DNA of 64,000 bases from an uncultured Methanosarcinales archaeon (GCA_963843555.1 CAWJKV010000015.1:32001-96000), one strand, 5' to 3'; counted from the stretch's first letter, positions 39,673 through 49,580 are shown. Translations and numbers: made by a program. The notes: generated by a model from the sequence alone, not told the origin.

Positions 39673-39682
39673 AGCGAACCTC

Positions 39683-40102
39683 TCAGAAGTTTGCTCCGAG
39701 CCTCTTGCTCAAGGCACCAAGCTCGATATACTTGTTATTGCTCTCGGTCCTCATCTTCGCAGCATCGGGCTGCTCCAGTGGCATCCCTTTGAGTTCTCTG
39801 GGAATGCCCACATATGTCTTGAGCCGGGAGAATGCGTCTCTTCCCCGTCTCATCCTGTAGGGAAGCATGCCGCGTACGGTCCTCTTGAGAATCATCTCTG
39901 GCCGGCGGGGGAAGTAGGGACCTCTCTCCTTATGGCCACGGGCCCTCGTTTGGCCATAATCGCCGAAAATGTAGTCTTTTCCACCGGTAATGAGAACTTT
40001 CTCAGCGTTGACAATCATGATCTCTTCGCCAGCCAAAAGGCTCTTGGCGGTTACACTCGCCAGGCGTCCCAGGACCAATCCAGTTGCATCTACTACTTTC
40101 AT
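39683..40102 (-). CDS. rpl13: 50S ribosomal protein L13
   Basis: [15 protein letters not shown] and RTVRGMLP. Confidence 0.97.
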   Translation of the reverse strand: MKVVDATGLVLGRLASVTAKSLLAGEEIMIVNAEKVLITGGKDYIFGDYGQTRARGHKERGPYFPRRPEMILKRTVRGMLPYRMRRGRDAFSRLKTYVGIPRELKGMPLEQPDAAKMRTESNNKYIELGALSKRLGANF

Positions 40103-40106
40103 CGCC

Positions 40107-40466
40107 TCACCTCAAAATCTTTATGCCTGATCCCTTGGGGTGCTCTTGCACCAACTTTTCAATTGGCAAGCACTTCCCGCCGGCTTCTGTGATCTTGGCC
40201 ATGGCCTGGCTGCTAAAATTGAGTGCGGCTACGGTAACGCTATGTTCCAGATCGCCGGAGGCCAGCACCTTTCCAGCCACAAGGACGGTGTCGTTGGACT
40301 GGGTATGCCGGTTGATCTTGCTGAGGTTGACAGCAGCGTAGTTGCGACTGGGCTTCTCCAGTCTCTTGGCAATATCGCGCCAGAGAGGAGCGCCATTCTC
40401 ACGAGAGGCCGCCTTAAGATCGCCGATAAGGCGGGTTATTCTTGGATTTGTCTTCTCAAATGTCAT
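40107..40466 (-). CDS. rpl18e: 50S ribosomal protein L18e
   Basis: [16 protein letters not shown] and FS..A..KI..AGG. Confidence 0.96.
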   Translation of the reverse strand: MTFEKTNPRITRLIGDLKAASRENGAPLWRDIAKRLEKPSRNYAAVNLSKINRHTQSNDTVLVAGKVLASGDLEHSVTVAALNFSSQAMAKITEAGGKCLPIEKLVQEHPKGSGIKILR

Positions 40467-40566
40467 TTAAATCCTCCGCATGGCCTCAATAGGGCCGACT
40501 CACGCGCCAAGCGCGCGTTCGAACCTGCCGGTTCATGCGCCCAGGGCACACTATCCCTGTGCGGAA
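40467..40566 (-). promoter_or_regulatory. Structured 5' leader of the rpl18e operon (candidate ribosomal leader)
   Basis: TATA box CTTAAATA at 40597-40590; four-way junction at 40477-40539 and hairpin at 40542-40559 next to the GGAGG RBS. Confidence 0.55.
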
Positions 40567-40865
40567 TATGTAGATCGACAATGCCCCAGTATTTAAGGGT
40601 TTTCCAGAGTGAGCCGAGAGGACGCCCAGGCATCCCATAGCCGCCCAGCCCCGCGGCCAAACGCAGGATTTTGCGCTCTGCGGATGCCGCCTGCACCGGA
40701 AAGGCGCACCAGAAAGGTTCGACATGGCGTCAACATGCCGGGCAACATGACGGGGCAGCAGATCGAACTCACAGGTAGAAGCCCGAAGTAAGATATTAAT
40801 ATGCCGGAATATGCCGACGAAGACTTCTTATAAATTAAGTGTAAGTTAGATCAGGCGAAGTTTGA

Positions 40866-42137
40866 ATGATCGACATCACTAATATCACTCTTGTCGTCTG
40901 CGTAGCTCTGGGTTTTGCCCTCGGGATTCTGAGCGGCTTGACTCCTGGACTTCATCTGAACAACTTCGCAGCCATGCTTCTTGCATTGTCGCCCACGCTC
41001 ATAACCCTGGGTCTGACGCCCTATCAGATGGCATTGATAATCCTGGCCGCCAGCATCTCCCAGACCTTCTTCGACGCCATTCCCGCCATCTTTTTAGGTG
41101 CGCCGGATTCCGAAACCGCTCTGACAGTTCTTCCCGGCCAGAGGCTCATGCTGGAGGGCCGGGGCATCGAGGCGGTGCGCCTGTCGGCTCTGGGGAGCGC
41201 GGGATCGATTATATTCGCCCTTCTTCTGGTCATCCCTCTATCCTGGGCCGTCTCCAGCTATTACGATTATCTCATGAAGTACGTGGGAGTTCTTCTCCTG
41301 GCAATCGCTCTGATGATGATCAAGTCCGAACGCGGACCCTGGATAGAGGGACAGGGCTCGCTGGTGCATTGGAAGTACAAGGTCATAGCCGGCCTGCTCT
41401 TCCTGACCAGCGGCCTTTTGGGCATATTCGCCTTCGACCACGAGAGCCTGATCAATTCACCCCTGGGCCTGGAGCCGCAGGTGCTCCTGCCTCTGCTCTC
41501 AGGAATCTTTGGCGCGTCGTCCCTCCTGCTGAGCCTGTCCACAAAGACGGAGATTCCCAAGCAAGAGGAGAGCCGGATCAAGATGCCAGGCCCAACTCTG
41601 GTCAAAGCTATCTTCTCCGGCAGCCTGGGAGGCTCCGCCGTGGCCTGGATTCCGGGATTGTCGCCCTCCGTCGCCTCTATCGCGGCGCGTCTGGGCGCGA
41701 GCGCATCGGCGGAGGAGTTCCTGGTCTCCATTGCAGGAGTCAACACCGCCAATGCCCTCTTCTCGCTGGTGGCGCTCTATGTAATCGACAAGCCCCGCAG
41801 CGGAGCTGCTGCCGCCATTCAGCAGCTTCTCAGCCTGGATCAGGGCATAATGGTGCAGATGATAATAATGGTGGTAATTGTGGCCGCGGCATCCTACCTG
41901 GCCTGCATCGGTGCGGCGCGTCTGGCAGCTCGGACGGTATCCCGGCTGAACTACAGATGGCTCAGCCTGAGCGTACTGGTCTTCCTGGTGGCCATGACCT
42001 ATGCCTTCACAGGATTCTTCGGGCTTTTCATATTCTTCCTGTCCACGGTGGTGGGCCTGATCGCGCCTGTGGCGGGCATCCACAGAATGCACGCCATGGG
42101 GGTGCTGATGCTGCCGCTGATTGTGAGATATATTTAG
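40866..42137 (+). CDS. TctA/DUF112 family membrane protein (tripartite tricarboxylate transporter permease-like)
   Basis: GILSGLTPGLHLN, IPAIFLGAPD..TALTVLPG, and many TM helices. Confidence 0.88.
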   Translation: MIDITNITLVVCVALGFALGILSGLTPGLHLNNFAAMLLALSPTLITLGLTPYQMALIILAASISQTFFDAIPAIFLGAPDSETALTVLPGQRLMLEGRGIEAVRLSALGSAGSIIFALLLVIPLSWAVSSYYDYLMKYVGVLLLAIALMMIKSERGPWIEGQGSLVHWKYKVIAGLLFLTSGLLGIFAFDHESLINSPLGLEPQVLLPLLSGIFGASSLLLSLSTKTEIPKQEESRIKMPGPTLVKAIFSGSLGGSAVAWIPGLSPSVASIAARLGASASAEEFLVSIAGVNTANALFSLVALYVIDKPRSGAAAAIQQLLSLDQGIMVQMIIMVVIVAAASYLACIGAARLAARTVSRLNYRWLSLSVLVFLVAMTYAFTGFFGLFIFFLSTVVGLIAPVAGIHRMHAMGVLMLPLIVRYI

Positions 42138-42299
42138 TTGAGCGTCAAATATTTCCGATACCTAATATTTCCTGTTTGGGCCAATTCCGGCCTGCAGCCT
42201 GTTGAAAGAGCTCTGAATTGCTCTCTATCCAAACCAAAAACCCCTTTCTCGACTAGTCTGCAGCTTAACCGCCGTCGCTCGGCCGGCCGCGGCCTAGAC

Positions 42300-42690
42300 C
42301 CCCGGATCTTCTTGGCCAGGCGGTGATTGGACCACTCATGCAGCACCACCTGCATGGGCTTTGGCGAGGCGATGGCCTTCTCCACCGCCAGGATGCACCT
42401 GCGGGCTGGATAACATCCTGTGACCTATCTCATCCACTATGGTGTGGTCAGAGTCGAGAGTGCTTTCCACGGCATGCGCTCCTATCTGATCCAGGTCGTC
42501 CAGGTGGACGCGATACTTTCCCAGCTTGTGCCCATCCCCGGTCTCATCCGCCAGCATTCCCGTGGCCGCGGAGCCCAGATCGAGGAGCTCAACCGAGGCG
42601 CCGGTCTTTGCAGCGCTTGTCACGGGCCAAGACGCCGCCCACGCGCGCGCCGGACAACGCAGCAACCTTCTGCACCAGAGATGATGAACA
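42300..42690 (-). pseudogene. Decayed THEP1/NTPase_1 family NTPase fragment, copy 1
   Basis: Remnants RVGGV, LGKYRVHLDDLD and IVDEIG spread across frames; no P-loop. Confidence 0.75.
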
Positions 42691-42750
42691 ATTTTTTATA
42701 ATCCAACGCAGAAATAGGGAGTAGTTATTGCGATTGGAAGTTTGGTGAAA

Positions 42751-42954
42751 ATGGCTAGCAGAGATCAAATCATTGATAAAATCAGGATGCTCTCCGAAGA
42801 AAGCTTGAGTGAAGTGGCAAATTTCCTCGATCAAATGGATGAAAAGGGCAAAAAGGAATCAAGGGCCAAAGGAGATCTCCTGTCTACAGTCATTGGTATC
42901 TGCGAGGGACCGGCAGATCTTGCCGAAAGGCACGACAAATACGCCTATGAATAA
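42751..42954 (+). CDS. Putative antitoxin (DUF2281-like)
   Basis: Small protein whose stop overlaps the start of a PIN toxin; C-terminal DLAERHDKYAY. Confidence 0.75.
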   Translation: MASRDQIIDKIRMLSEESLSEVANFLDQMDEKGKKESRAKGDLLSTVIGICEGPADLAERHDKYAYE

Positions 42955-43381
42955 TGCAATCTTTATGGATACATGGGCTTTGCTGGCACTTGCGAATCGA
43001 AGAGACAGCTTCCATAGTATCGCTTCAGTCTGCTATGAATCCATATTGGAACGGTCTTTTTCGCTCGTTATCTCAGATTATGTCCTTGATGAAACGATTA
43101 CTGCTTTGTTCAAAGAAGTCAGATTTGATGAGGCAACAAAGTTCATTCAAGCGCTTCTCGAAGCAGCAGACTCAGGCCAAATTGTCCTGGAGAGGATCGA
43201 TGAAGAACGGTTCCGTTCCGCCTGGTTGCTTCGAAAGATCTATCGGGATAAACCAGATTTCTCGTTTACAGATCTATCCTCATTCATAGTGATGAAAGAG
43301 TTGAGAATAACAAAGGCGTTTACTGGAGATACACACTACGAACAGGCGGGCCTTGGATTCGAGATCATGCCAAAGCGGTGA
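42947..43381 (+). CDS. vapC: PIN-domain toxin, VapC family
   Basis: FMDT, VLDET, SFTDLSSF and FTGDTHY acidic tetrad; start at MNNAIFMDT. Confidence 0.9.
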   Translation: MNNAIFMDTWALLALANRRDSFHSIASVCYESILERSFSLVISDYVLDETITALFKEVRFDEATKFIQALLEAADSGQIVLERIDEERFRSAWLLRKIYRDKPDFSFTDLSSFIVMKELRITKAFTGDTHYEQAGLGFEIMPKR

Positions 43382-43424
43382 AATGATGGATGTTGGGCAG
43401 CTAGTCCAGAACGCTCTATCTCTT

Positions 43425-43870
43425 CCCCCCTGAGCTCCTTCCCAATCTCCTCCACCAGTGAGTCCTTTACTCCTGAGTCACAGTTATCACCTTAAACGAT
43501 CCGCGGATCTTCTTGGCCAGACAGTGACGGGATTACTCATGCAGCACCACCAGCATGGATTTAGGCGAGGCGATGGCCTTCACCACCGCCAGGATGAATA
43601 CGGCGCAGGATAGCTCTATGGGCCCGATCTCATCCACGATGATCAGTGTCAGAGTTCAGGGCGTTCTCCACGGCTTGGGCCCCAACGCGGTCCAGGTCGT
43701 CCAAATGGACGCGATAATTTCCTAGTTGGCCCGTCCTCGCTCTCATCGGCCAGTATTCCCGTGGCCCCGGTGCCAGATCGAGGAGCTCAACCAAGGCGCC
43801 GGTCTTTGTAGCGTTTGTCACGGGCCAAACGCCGCCCACGCGCGCGCCCGATAAAATGTCTTTTGCCAAT
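43425..43870 (-). pseudogene. Decayed THEP1/NTPase_1 family NTPase fragment, copy 2
   Basis: Direct repeat of copy 1 (for example ggatcttcttggccag and actcatgcagcaccacc); LGNYRVHLDDLD; frameshifts and stop codons. Confidence 0.75.
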
Positions 43871-43914
43871 TGAACCCCTAAGAGTTCACCAAAAAAAATT
43901 TATATTCTGAAGGA

Positions 43915-45094
43915 TTACACCATCTCCAGGCCCCGCTCGAAATCCGCCAGGATATCTTCCGCATCCTCTATGCCCACGGACACTCTAACCAGGCCGTCGC
44001 TGATTCCCAGGCTCTCTCGCGTCTCCCTGGGCATGACGGCATGGGTCATGGAAGCAGGATGCTCAACCAGAGTATCCACCGATCCCAGGCTGACTGCCAG
44101 ACTGCAAAGCGAGAGATTGTTCATGAGACCGCGGCCGGCCTCCATACCACCCTTCAAGTCAAAGGAGAGCATGCCACCCCACCCACTCATCTGCCTCCTG
44201 GCGACAGAGTGCTGCGGATGGTGGGCCAGGCCCGGATAGTTGACTTTTTCTATTCTGGGATGCGAGTCCAGGAATTCGGCAAGCTTGGTGGCATTCTCTG
44301 CATGTCTCTCCATGCGCAGGTGCAGCGTCTTCAGGCCTCTCAGACAGAGCCAGGCCTCATGTGTTCCCATGGTGCCCCCTGCTAAGAGAGATGGACGCTT
44401 CATGCTCTCTATCAGCTCACTCGATCCCACAGCCACTCCTCCCAGGAGGTCGCCATGTCCGCCGATGTACTTGGTGCAGCTCTCGACCACAATATCTGCT
44501 CCCAGCCGCAAAGGCTGCTGGAAATAGGGAGTCGCGAAGGTGTTGTCCACGGCCGAGATTGCTCCCGCTTCCTTTGCGATTCTGCTTATTTCGCCAATAT
44601 CGCTCACCGCCATGGTGGGGTTGGCAGGCGACTCCAGAAAGACCATCCTGGTGTTATCTCGCATACTTGTCCCGAACCCTCTCCGGGTCGGTGGTGTCCA
44701 CAAAGCTGACCTCGATTCCGAATTTGGTCAGAAGCGAGGAGATGAGCCCATAGGTCCCACCGTAGATGATGTTCGTGGACAGCAGATGGTCTCCGCACTT
44801 CAGCTGGGAGAGGAAGAGAGCAGTCTCTGCGGCCATGCCCGAGGAGAAAGCGAGACCTGCCTCGCCGCCTTCCAGAGAGCAGATCTTTTCCACGAAGGCA
44901 GCATGCGTGGGCGTGTTAGGAGGCGCGCGAATGTACCTGTATCCGGGCGCGCCGGAAAAGATCGCAGCCGCCTGCTCGGCACTCTCGAACACGTAGGTGG
45001 AGGTCTGGTAAATGGGTGTGGCGTGGGCTCCATAGGGATTATGACCCTCTCCTGCGTGGACGCATCTGGTGCCAAAACTCTTCTCTCTCTCCAA
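43915..45094 (-). CDS. PLP-dependent trans-sulfuration enzyme (methionine gamma-lyase/cystathionine gamma-synthase family), split by one +1 frameshift (about 44667)
   Basis: PIYQTSTY, FSSGMAA, YGGT, ESPANP, DNTFATP, SCTKYIGGHGD and AVSLG. Confidence 0.9.
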
Positions 45095-45172
45095 AATTGT
45101 TCACCTGGATATAATATCGTTCCAAATGGAAATAAGATTTCCCTTCCGGAAGAGAGATTGGAGCATCTTATC

Positions 45173-45550
45173 TTACCTGGAATGATGTTCCATCAGGTAG
45201 CCAAAGCCGAAAGTGATAGTTGGAATTATGAGATACGTTACCCCAATATCCGTCGCATAATCCCAAAGGGACATTCTTAAGGGACCCAAGATGAAGATCA
45301 GTAGGTCCAGGATTATGCTTATCAAGAGCCACGCGATACCAAGAAAAATACCTTCCTTCTGAAAATCGCTCTTAAGTCCTGACAGATAAATTACGGCAAA
45401 GAATACTGTCCAGATCGTGATTACTACAGGCATGATCGATTCAAAGAGCGGCCGCTGTGAGGCGTGGAGTGGGAATATTAGAAATGATACCACAAATGGT
45501 ATCAACCAAATGAAAAAGCCATAGAGCCCTATCTTCAGATATTTATTCAT
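45173..45550 (-). CDS. Four-helix membrane protein
   Basis: Four hydrophobic segments; WLIPF motif. Confidence 0.75.
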   Translation of the reverse strand: MNKYLKIGLYGFFIWLIPFVVSFLIFPLHASQRPLFESIMPVVITIWTVFFAVIYLSGLKSDFQKEGIFLGIAWLLISIILDLLIFILGPLRMSLWDYATDIGVTYLIIPTITFGFGYLMEHHSR

Positions 45551-45965
45551 TTATCCAGCACCTTCCGCAATCCTCCCAGAATTTTGCTGATCTACCTTTT
45601 TGAATGATATCGGATAATCTTCGGATATTTATAAATTCTTCGGAAGAAGAATGGATAAGAATGGGATGATCCAGGAGCCTGAGAATGGATCTTAGTGGAT
45701 GATTAAGTCTCAGGTACATCATATTTTAATCCTGGAATTTGAATTGGATTTGTGCCCAAAAAAGAGAATAACTTTTGGCTTAGAGGCAAACCTTTTTAGC
45801 CTCCTGTGGCCTAGATTTTTGCAGGGAGGCGTCAGACTTTATACCCAGCTGTATCCGGCCAGACCAAATCCATCCGGAAAGATGGTTTACAGATGCCAAT
45901 CCAGAGGCATATCAGCAAACTCGCGTCTTTTTGACCAAATCCATTACACCGGAGGTTCGAGCCGA

Positions 45966-46649
45966 ATGATCCGGGCCCTGGCGGTTGATATCGACGGTAC
46001 TCTGACCGATCAGAATCGGGTGCTCTGTCCCGCGGCTGTAGAAACCATGCGCAAGCTGAATGTGCCCGTCATTTTGAGCACAGGCAACACCCATTGCTTC
46101 TCCAGAACGGTTTCCATCCTCCTGGGCACACCTCGTATATTCATTGCAGAGAATGGAGGCGTGCTCTCCCACGCAGAGGATGATATGGAGATTCTGGCAG
46201 ACCAGCAGATCTGTCTGGATGCCTATCAGAAGCTGGCAAATGAATTTCCCCTGCACAAGTTCGAGACTGCTGGACACAGATACAGATTTACAGACGTTAC
46301 CTTGCAGCGTGACTTCGATGTACCGGCAGTTGCCAGGCGCGTACAGGAGCTTGGCCTGCCTGTGGACATCGTTGACACCGTCTTTGCCGTGCACATCAAA
46401 GATAAGAGAGTCGACAAAGGAACAGGCCTTCAGCGCATTTCAGAGCGCATGCAGATCGACCTTTCTGAGTTCGCTGCCATTGGCGACAGCTTGAGCGACG
46501 GTCCCCTGTTTGAGCGGGCAGGCTTTCGGGCCTCTGTAGGGAATGCCAGCCCTAATTTGAAGGCGATGTCCGACTATGTAGCCAGGGCTGGATACGGGAA
46601 TGGATTTGCAGAGATAATCAACTTCATGGCTGAGCAGAAAATGATCTAG
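45966..46649 (+). CDS. Phosphoglycolate phosphatase (archaeal HAD/SPP-like)
   Basis: DIDGTLTD, STGN, AENGG, DKG and GDSLSD; start at MIRALAVD. Confidence 0.9.
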   Translation: MIRALAVDIDGTLTDQNRVLCPAAVETMRKLNVPVILSTGNTHCFSRTVSILLGTPRIFIAENGGVLSHAEDDMEILADQQICLDAYQKLANEFPLHKFETAGHRYRFTDVTLQRDFDVPAVARRVQELGLPVDIVDTVFAVHIKDKRVDKGTGLQRISERMQIDLSEFAAIGDSLSDGPLFERAGFRASVGNASPNLKAMSDYVARAGYGNGFAEIINFMAEQKMI

Positions 46650-47293
46650 AGCTTCTCCATCTTCCCAAGCAGCCTCGCCCAGTTGTTCTCGCAGATGATC
46701 CACCAGCCCAGGGTCTCCTTGGCAAAGATACGCGCTGCCGGGCAAAAGGCATCGACGGCTAAATTGTAGGGCATCTCCTGCAGCGGAGGATGAAGCGGAT
46801 ATTTAGTGCAGGTGAGGGGCCTGATATCGTAGATCTTACAGCCCCTCAAATTCTGGTCATAGAATGGGCAGGGTTGTTTGAGCACCCAGATGTCGGGGGC
46901 TTTTTCGTATCTGCAAAGCGTCTTGAGCTTCTTTTTTCCAACCCTCCCGGCGATTCTCTCAAAATCCTCTCTCTCCAGCAGGAGGCCGCCCCCAGGGGTT
47001 TCGCAGCACAGACCGCACTTCTGGCAGCGGAATCGTTCCCAGAAGAGCTCTACCCCCTGGTCGGAGTCTTCGCGCTCATCGCGGGCGGGCAGGGGCAGGG
47101 AGATGTCGAAAGGGATCTTCTCACCCTGGTCAATGCGGCGAAATTGCTCCTGCTTCTTCAAGGCGGACCAGTGGGGACGCATCTCAAGGAGGGGCTCGTG
47201 GCGTCCCTGGCGCTTCTCTTCCACGCAGGAGGAAAAGCATAGCTTGTGGCAGAGACCGCGCACCTGGGCTATTTGGTCAATGCGGTCGTTCAT
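46646..47293 (-). CDS. YkgJ/UPF0153 cysteine-cluster protein
   Basis: FRCQKCGLCC, PCPF and CKIYDIRPLTCTKYP. Confidence 0.88.
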   Translation of the reverse strand: MNDRIDQIAQVRGLCHKLCFSSCVEEKRQGRHEPLLEMRPHWSALKKQEQFRRIDQGEKIPFDISLPLPARDEREDSDQGVELFWERFRCQKCGLCCETPGGGLLLEREDFERIAGRVGKKKLKTLCRYEKAPDIWVLKQPCPFYDQNLRGCKIYDIRPLTCTKYPLHPPLQEMPYNLAVDAFCPAARIFAKETLGWWIICENNWARLLGKMEKL

Positions 47294-47473
47294 ATCTGAC
47301 TGCTTTAGATGCGCTCTTCATAATTAACGCTATACTCATGAGTAGTATCGTTTTACTCCTGAATGCTATACATAAAGGTACATCACTTTCGCCCCGCACG
47401 GCTTGCCTTTATCTTTTGCAAAATGCCTCAGCTATTCTATCATTAATTGATAATTCAAACTTTGGTGATAAAG

Positions 47474-47938
47474 ATGTCCAAGAACCCCGAATTTGCCAAG
47501 TATGCAACCGACCTTGCCCGCCATCAGGATGCCATTCGCTCTGCCAACGAGGATCTGATCAAGCTCTCCCAGAGGTTCGGGCGCATGATGCCCAAGCTCC
47601 AGAAGCTGGATTCCTCAGCCATACTAACCTGGTTTGGCCTTTATAACAAGATCAAGGACGCGGCGAAAAGAGCGGACAATGAACTGGCCACCCTGACGGG
47701 CAATGATCAAGCAAGCGCGAACCCGGTTCTGCAATTGCAGATCAATTACTACTACGCACAAAGGCAGCGGCTCTATTCCAAGATGGAGGTCATGGACGAC
47801 ATTCTTAACGGCATGATGGAGGACCTTCTGGAGAACGGGAACTTTGAGGAGACGCAAAAGCAGGAGATGAGAGTGGCTCTGGATGGAACTATGGAGAAGA
47901 GCCGTCAGCACGCAGAGGCGGCTCCCGTCTTGGCCTGA
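47474..47938 (+). CDS. Helical hypothetical protein
   Basis: GGTGA RBS before MSKNPEF; host-like codon usage. Confidence 0.75.
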   Translation: MSKNPEFAKYATDLARHQDAIRSANEDLIKLSQRFGRMMPKLQKLDSSAILTWFGLYNKIKDAAKRADNELATLTGNDQASANPVLQLQINYYYAQRQRLYSKMEVMDDILNGMMEDLLENGNFEETQKQEMRVALDGTMEKSRQHAEAAPVLA

Positions 47939-48036
47939 ATAGATGGGGGCCAAGTCGCCATTTATGACGGATTGCATGCAGCCAGTTGATTTGATGCGAT
48001 GTATGCGTGCAAGAACCATTCGTCTGACATTCCAGC

Positions 48037-48063
48037 AAAAAAAAGGAGTTCGGAGTTTGAACT
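48037..48063 (-). terminator. Short hairpin plus T8 tract
   Basis: AGTTC/GAACT stem followed by T8 on the minus strand, just after the stop codon at 48068. Confidence 0.5.
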
Positions 48064-48067
48064 GAGA

Positions 48068-49007
48068 TTAAGTGCAGGGCAGCCAGTCAACGCTAATGGC
48101 TCCGCAGGTTGAGTTTCCCCGAGCTGGATGAACTTCTCGATGGAGAAGACTCCTGTGAGCTCTTCGATGCTGCGGCCATACTCGGCATGGCGGCCTTTCA
48201 GCTGTGGGTCGGCATTGGGGTCCCTGGAGATCCAGCCGATATGTGCAATGCCGATGACGTTGCTATTCAGGTTGGCTTCAAGGACTCCCGTGCAACAGGG
48301 AATGGGAGGATACCGAACTTCGAAATAGCGTTCGGTTTCATTTTCAATTGCTGAAATATTGAGAACATTTTTTCATCATTATAATTTCTAGTCCTGACTT
48401 CGGCTGTCTTCTGCAGATGCTCGGTGTTAGTGTACATCTCTGTTATAACTGCGCCGATCTTGTAGTTCTGAACGCAGAGCTTATCGGTCCATTTCTGGTC
48501 GTATGCGCCTGTCTGGTAGCTCATCGGCATGTACTCAAACTCAGCTTGCTTTGTATAGTTGACGTAGTCCATAGGTCCAAAGCCTGTTGGCCATTGCCGG
48601 TACCTGAATTTTATGTGAAAACGCAGGAAATCATCCCAATATATCCAGGAACCCCAGGGGTCCGAAATCTCCTTCCCCTGGATCGGCAATCTCTGGCCAT
48701 CCAGGTTCTGTTGTGTTCCCCGGTTCGTTCTTCCAGATGCCTACCTGTGTAAAGTAACTCCCTCCACATCCGCTGCCAATCTGCCTCTCGGCCTCCAACT
48801 CGGTTTTATCTGTGATTATATTGCCGCTTCCTGATCCCTTTTCAACAAGCTGGATCCATTGAATCCGGTCTGAGTGGAGATGATCTTCTCCGCGTTCTTG
48901 TATCCTGTGCCCTTCACAGACGACTTTTCGTACATGTAATTTGTTGCGCCGGTTACGCCTGCAAGAGCTATGATCAGAATTGCGAGAACAAACAAATTTT
49001 TTATCAA
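48068..49007 (-). pseudogene. Secreted beta-rich protein gene broken by at least four frameshifts
   Basis: Signal peptide MIKNLFVLAILIIALAG; consecutive frames give LVEKGSGSG, YMPMSYQTGAYDQKW..KLCVQNY, NVIGIAHIGW, ELTGVFSIEKFIQL and GNSTCGAISVDWLPCT-stop. Confidence 0.7.
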
Positions 49008-49189
49008 TGCGGTCCCTCCTGGAAATCTTCAGAGATTTTTTATGGTATAAATCTATTGGCAAAGAGATACAACATGGATCATCGGCAATATCGTAAAGAT
49101 AGACTATCTCATCAAGTCAAATTGATACTTATTCCACGTTTGAACGAATATTCAGATCGGATCTTCACAGTATTGTGATAAGAAATGAT

Positions 49190-49203
49190 CATAATCGTCT
49201 ATA
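49190..49203 (+). promoter_or_regulatory. Conserved motif CATAATCGTCTATA, copy 3
   Basis: 41 nt upstream of the wHTH ATG at 49245. Confidence 0.65.
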
Positions 49204-49244
49204 TCATTCTCGAAGATACATTATTGCTTGGGAGGCAGAGATAT

Positions 49245-49517
49245 ATGAATTCGAGAAGAAGAACTAGTGACTTAATTGCATTGCAGATTCTGAAGGTTTG
49301 CGTGGATGGTGCGAGCAAGACTAGGATTGTGTATCAAACCAATTTGAATTCTGCGAGTGCGAAACCCTATATTGAACATTTGATAAATAAGGGATTCATG
49401 GAAGTCATCCCTGTAGGCTCCAGAGTCATTTATAAAACCACGCCTGAGGGACTGGAATTGGCAAAAAAATTTAACCAATTTCACAGCGAGATGGATAAGC
49501 TCTATGCGTGCGTGTGA
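49245..49517 (+). CDS. Small wHTH transcriptional regulator (HTH_45-like), paralog 4
   Basis: RRTSDLI...KTRIVYQTNLN...YKTTPEG; GGAGG RBS before MNSRR. Confidence 0.88.
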   Translation: MNSRRRTSDLIALQILKVCVDGASKTRIVYQTNLNSASAKPYIEHLINKGFMEVIPVGSRVIYKTTPEGLELAKKFNQFHSEMDKLYACV

Positions 49518-49580
49518 AGCTCTGCAATTCCGACCTCCTTCTCTTGAGTCGGGCCAATTCCCCATAGCCAATTCAGGAAA

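Noticed and set aside
40500..40562. Functional tRNA-Leu upstream of rpl18e
   Set aside because: GGTTCGAA is present, but there is no matching T-stem, 7-bp acceptor stem or anticodon arm. Reported only as a structured leader.
40610..40790. GC-rich intergenic stretch with a GGCATCC/GGATGCC inverted repeat and repeated GCACCrGAAAGG and ACATG units; possible SRP or RNase P RNA
   Set aside because: It lacks the conserved SRP and RNase P signature sequences I can recognise and has no clear promoter or terminator.
42190..42300. Cluster of palindromic restriction-like sites (ACTAGT, CTGCAG, CGGCCG, CCGCGG) resembling a polylinker
   Set aside because: The spacing is irregular and the stretch is contiguous with the NTPase relic; there is no other vector sequence, so it is probably chance.
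45699..45965. 89-aa N-terminal extension of the HAD phosphatase, and similar extensions on mvk, idsA, mfnB and vapC
   Set aside because: These result from longest-ORF calling; the family N-termini (often with an RBS) lie at the downstream starts.
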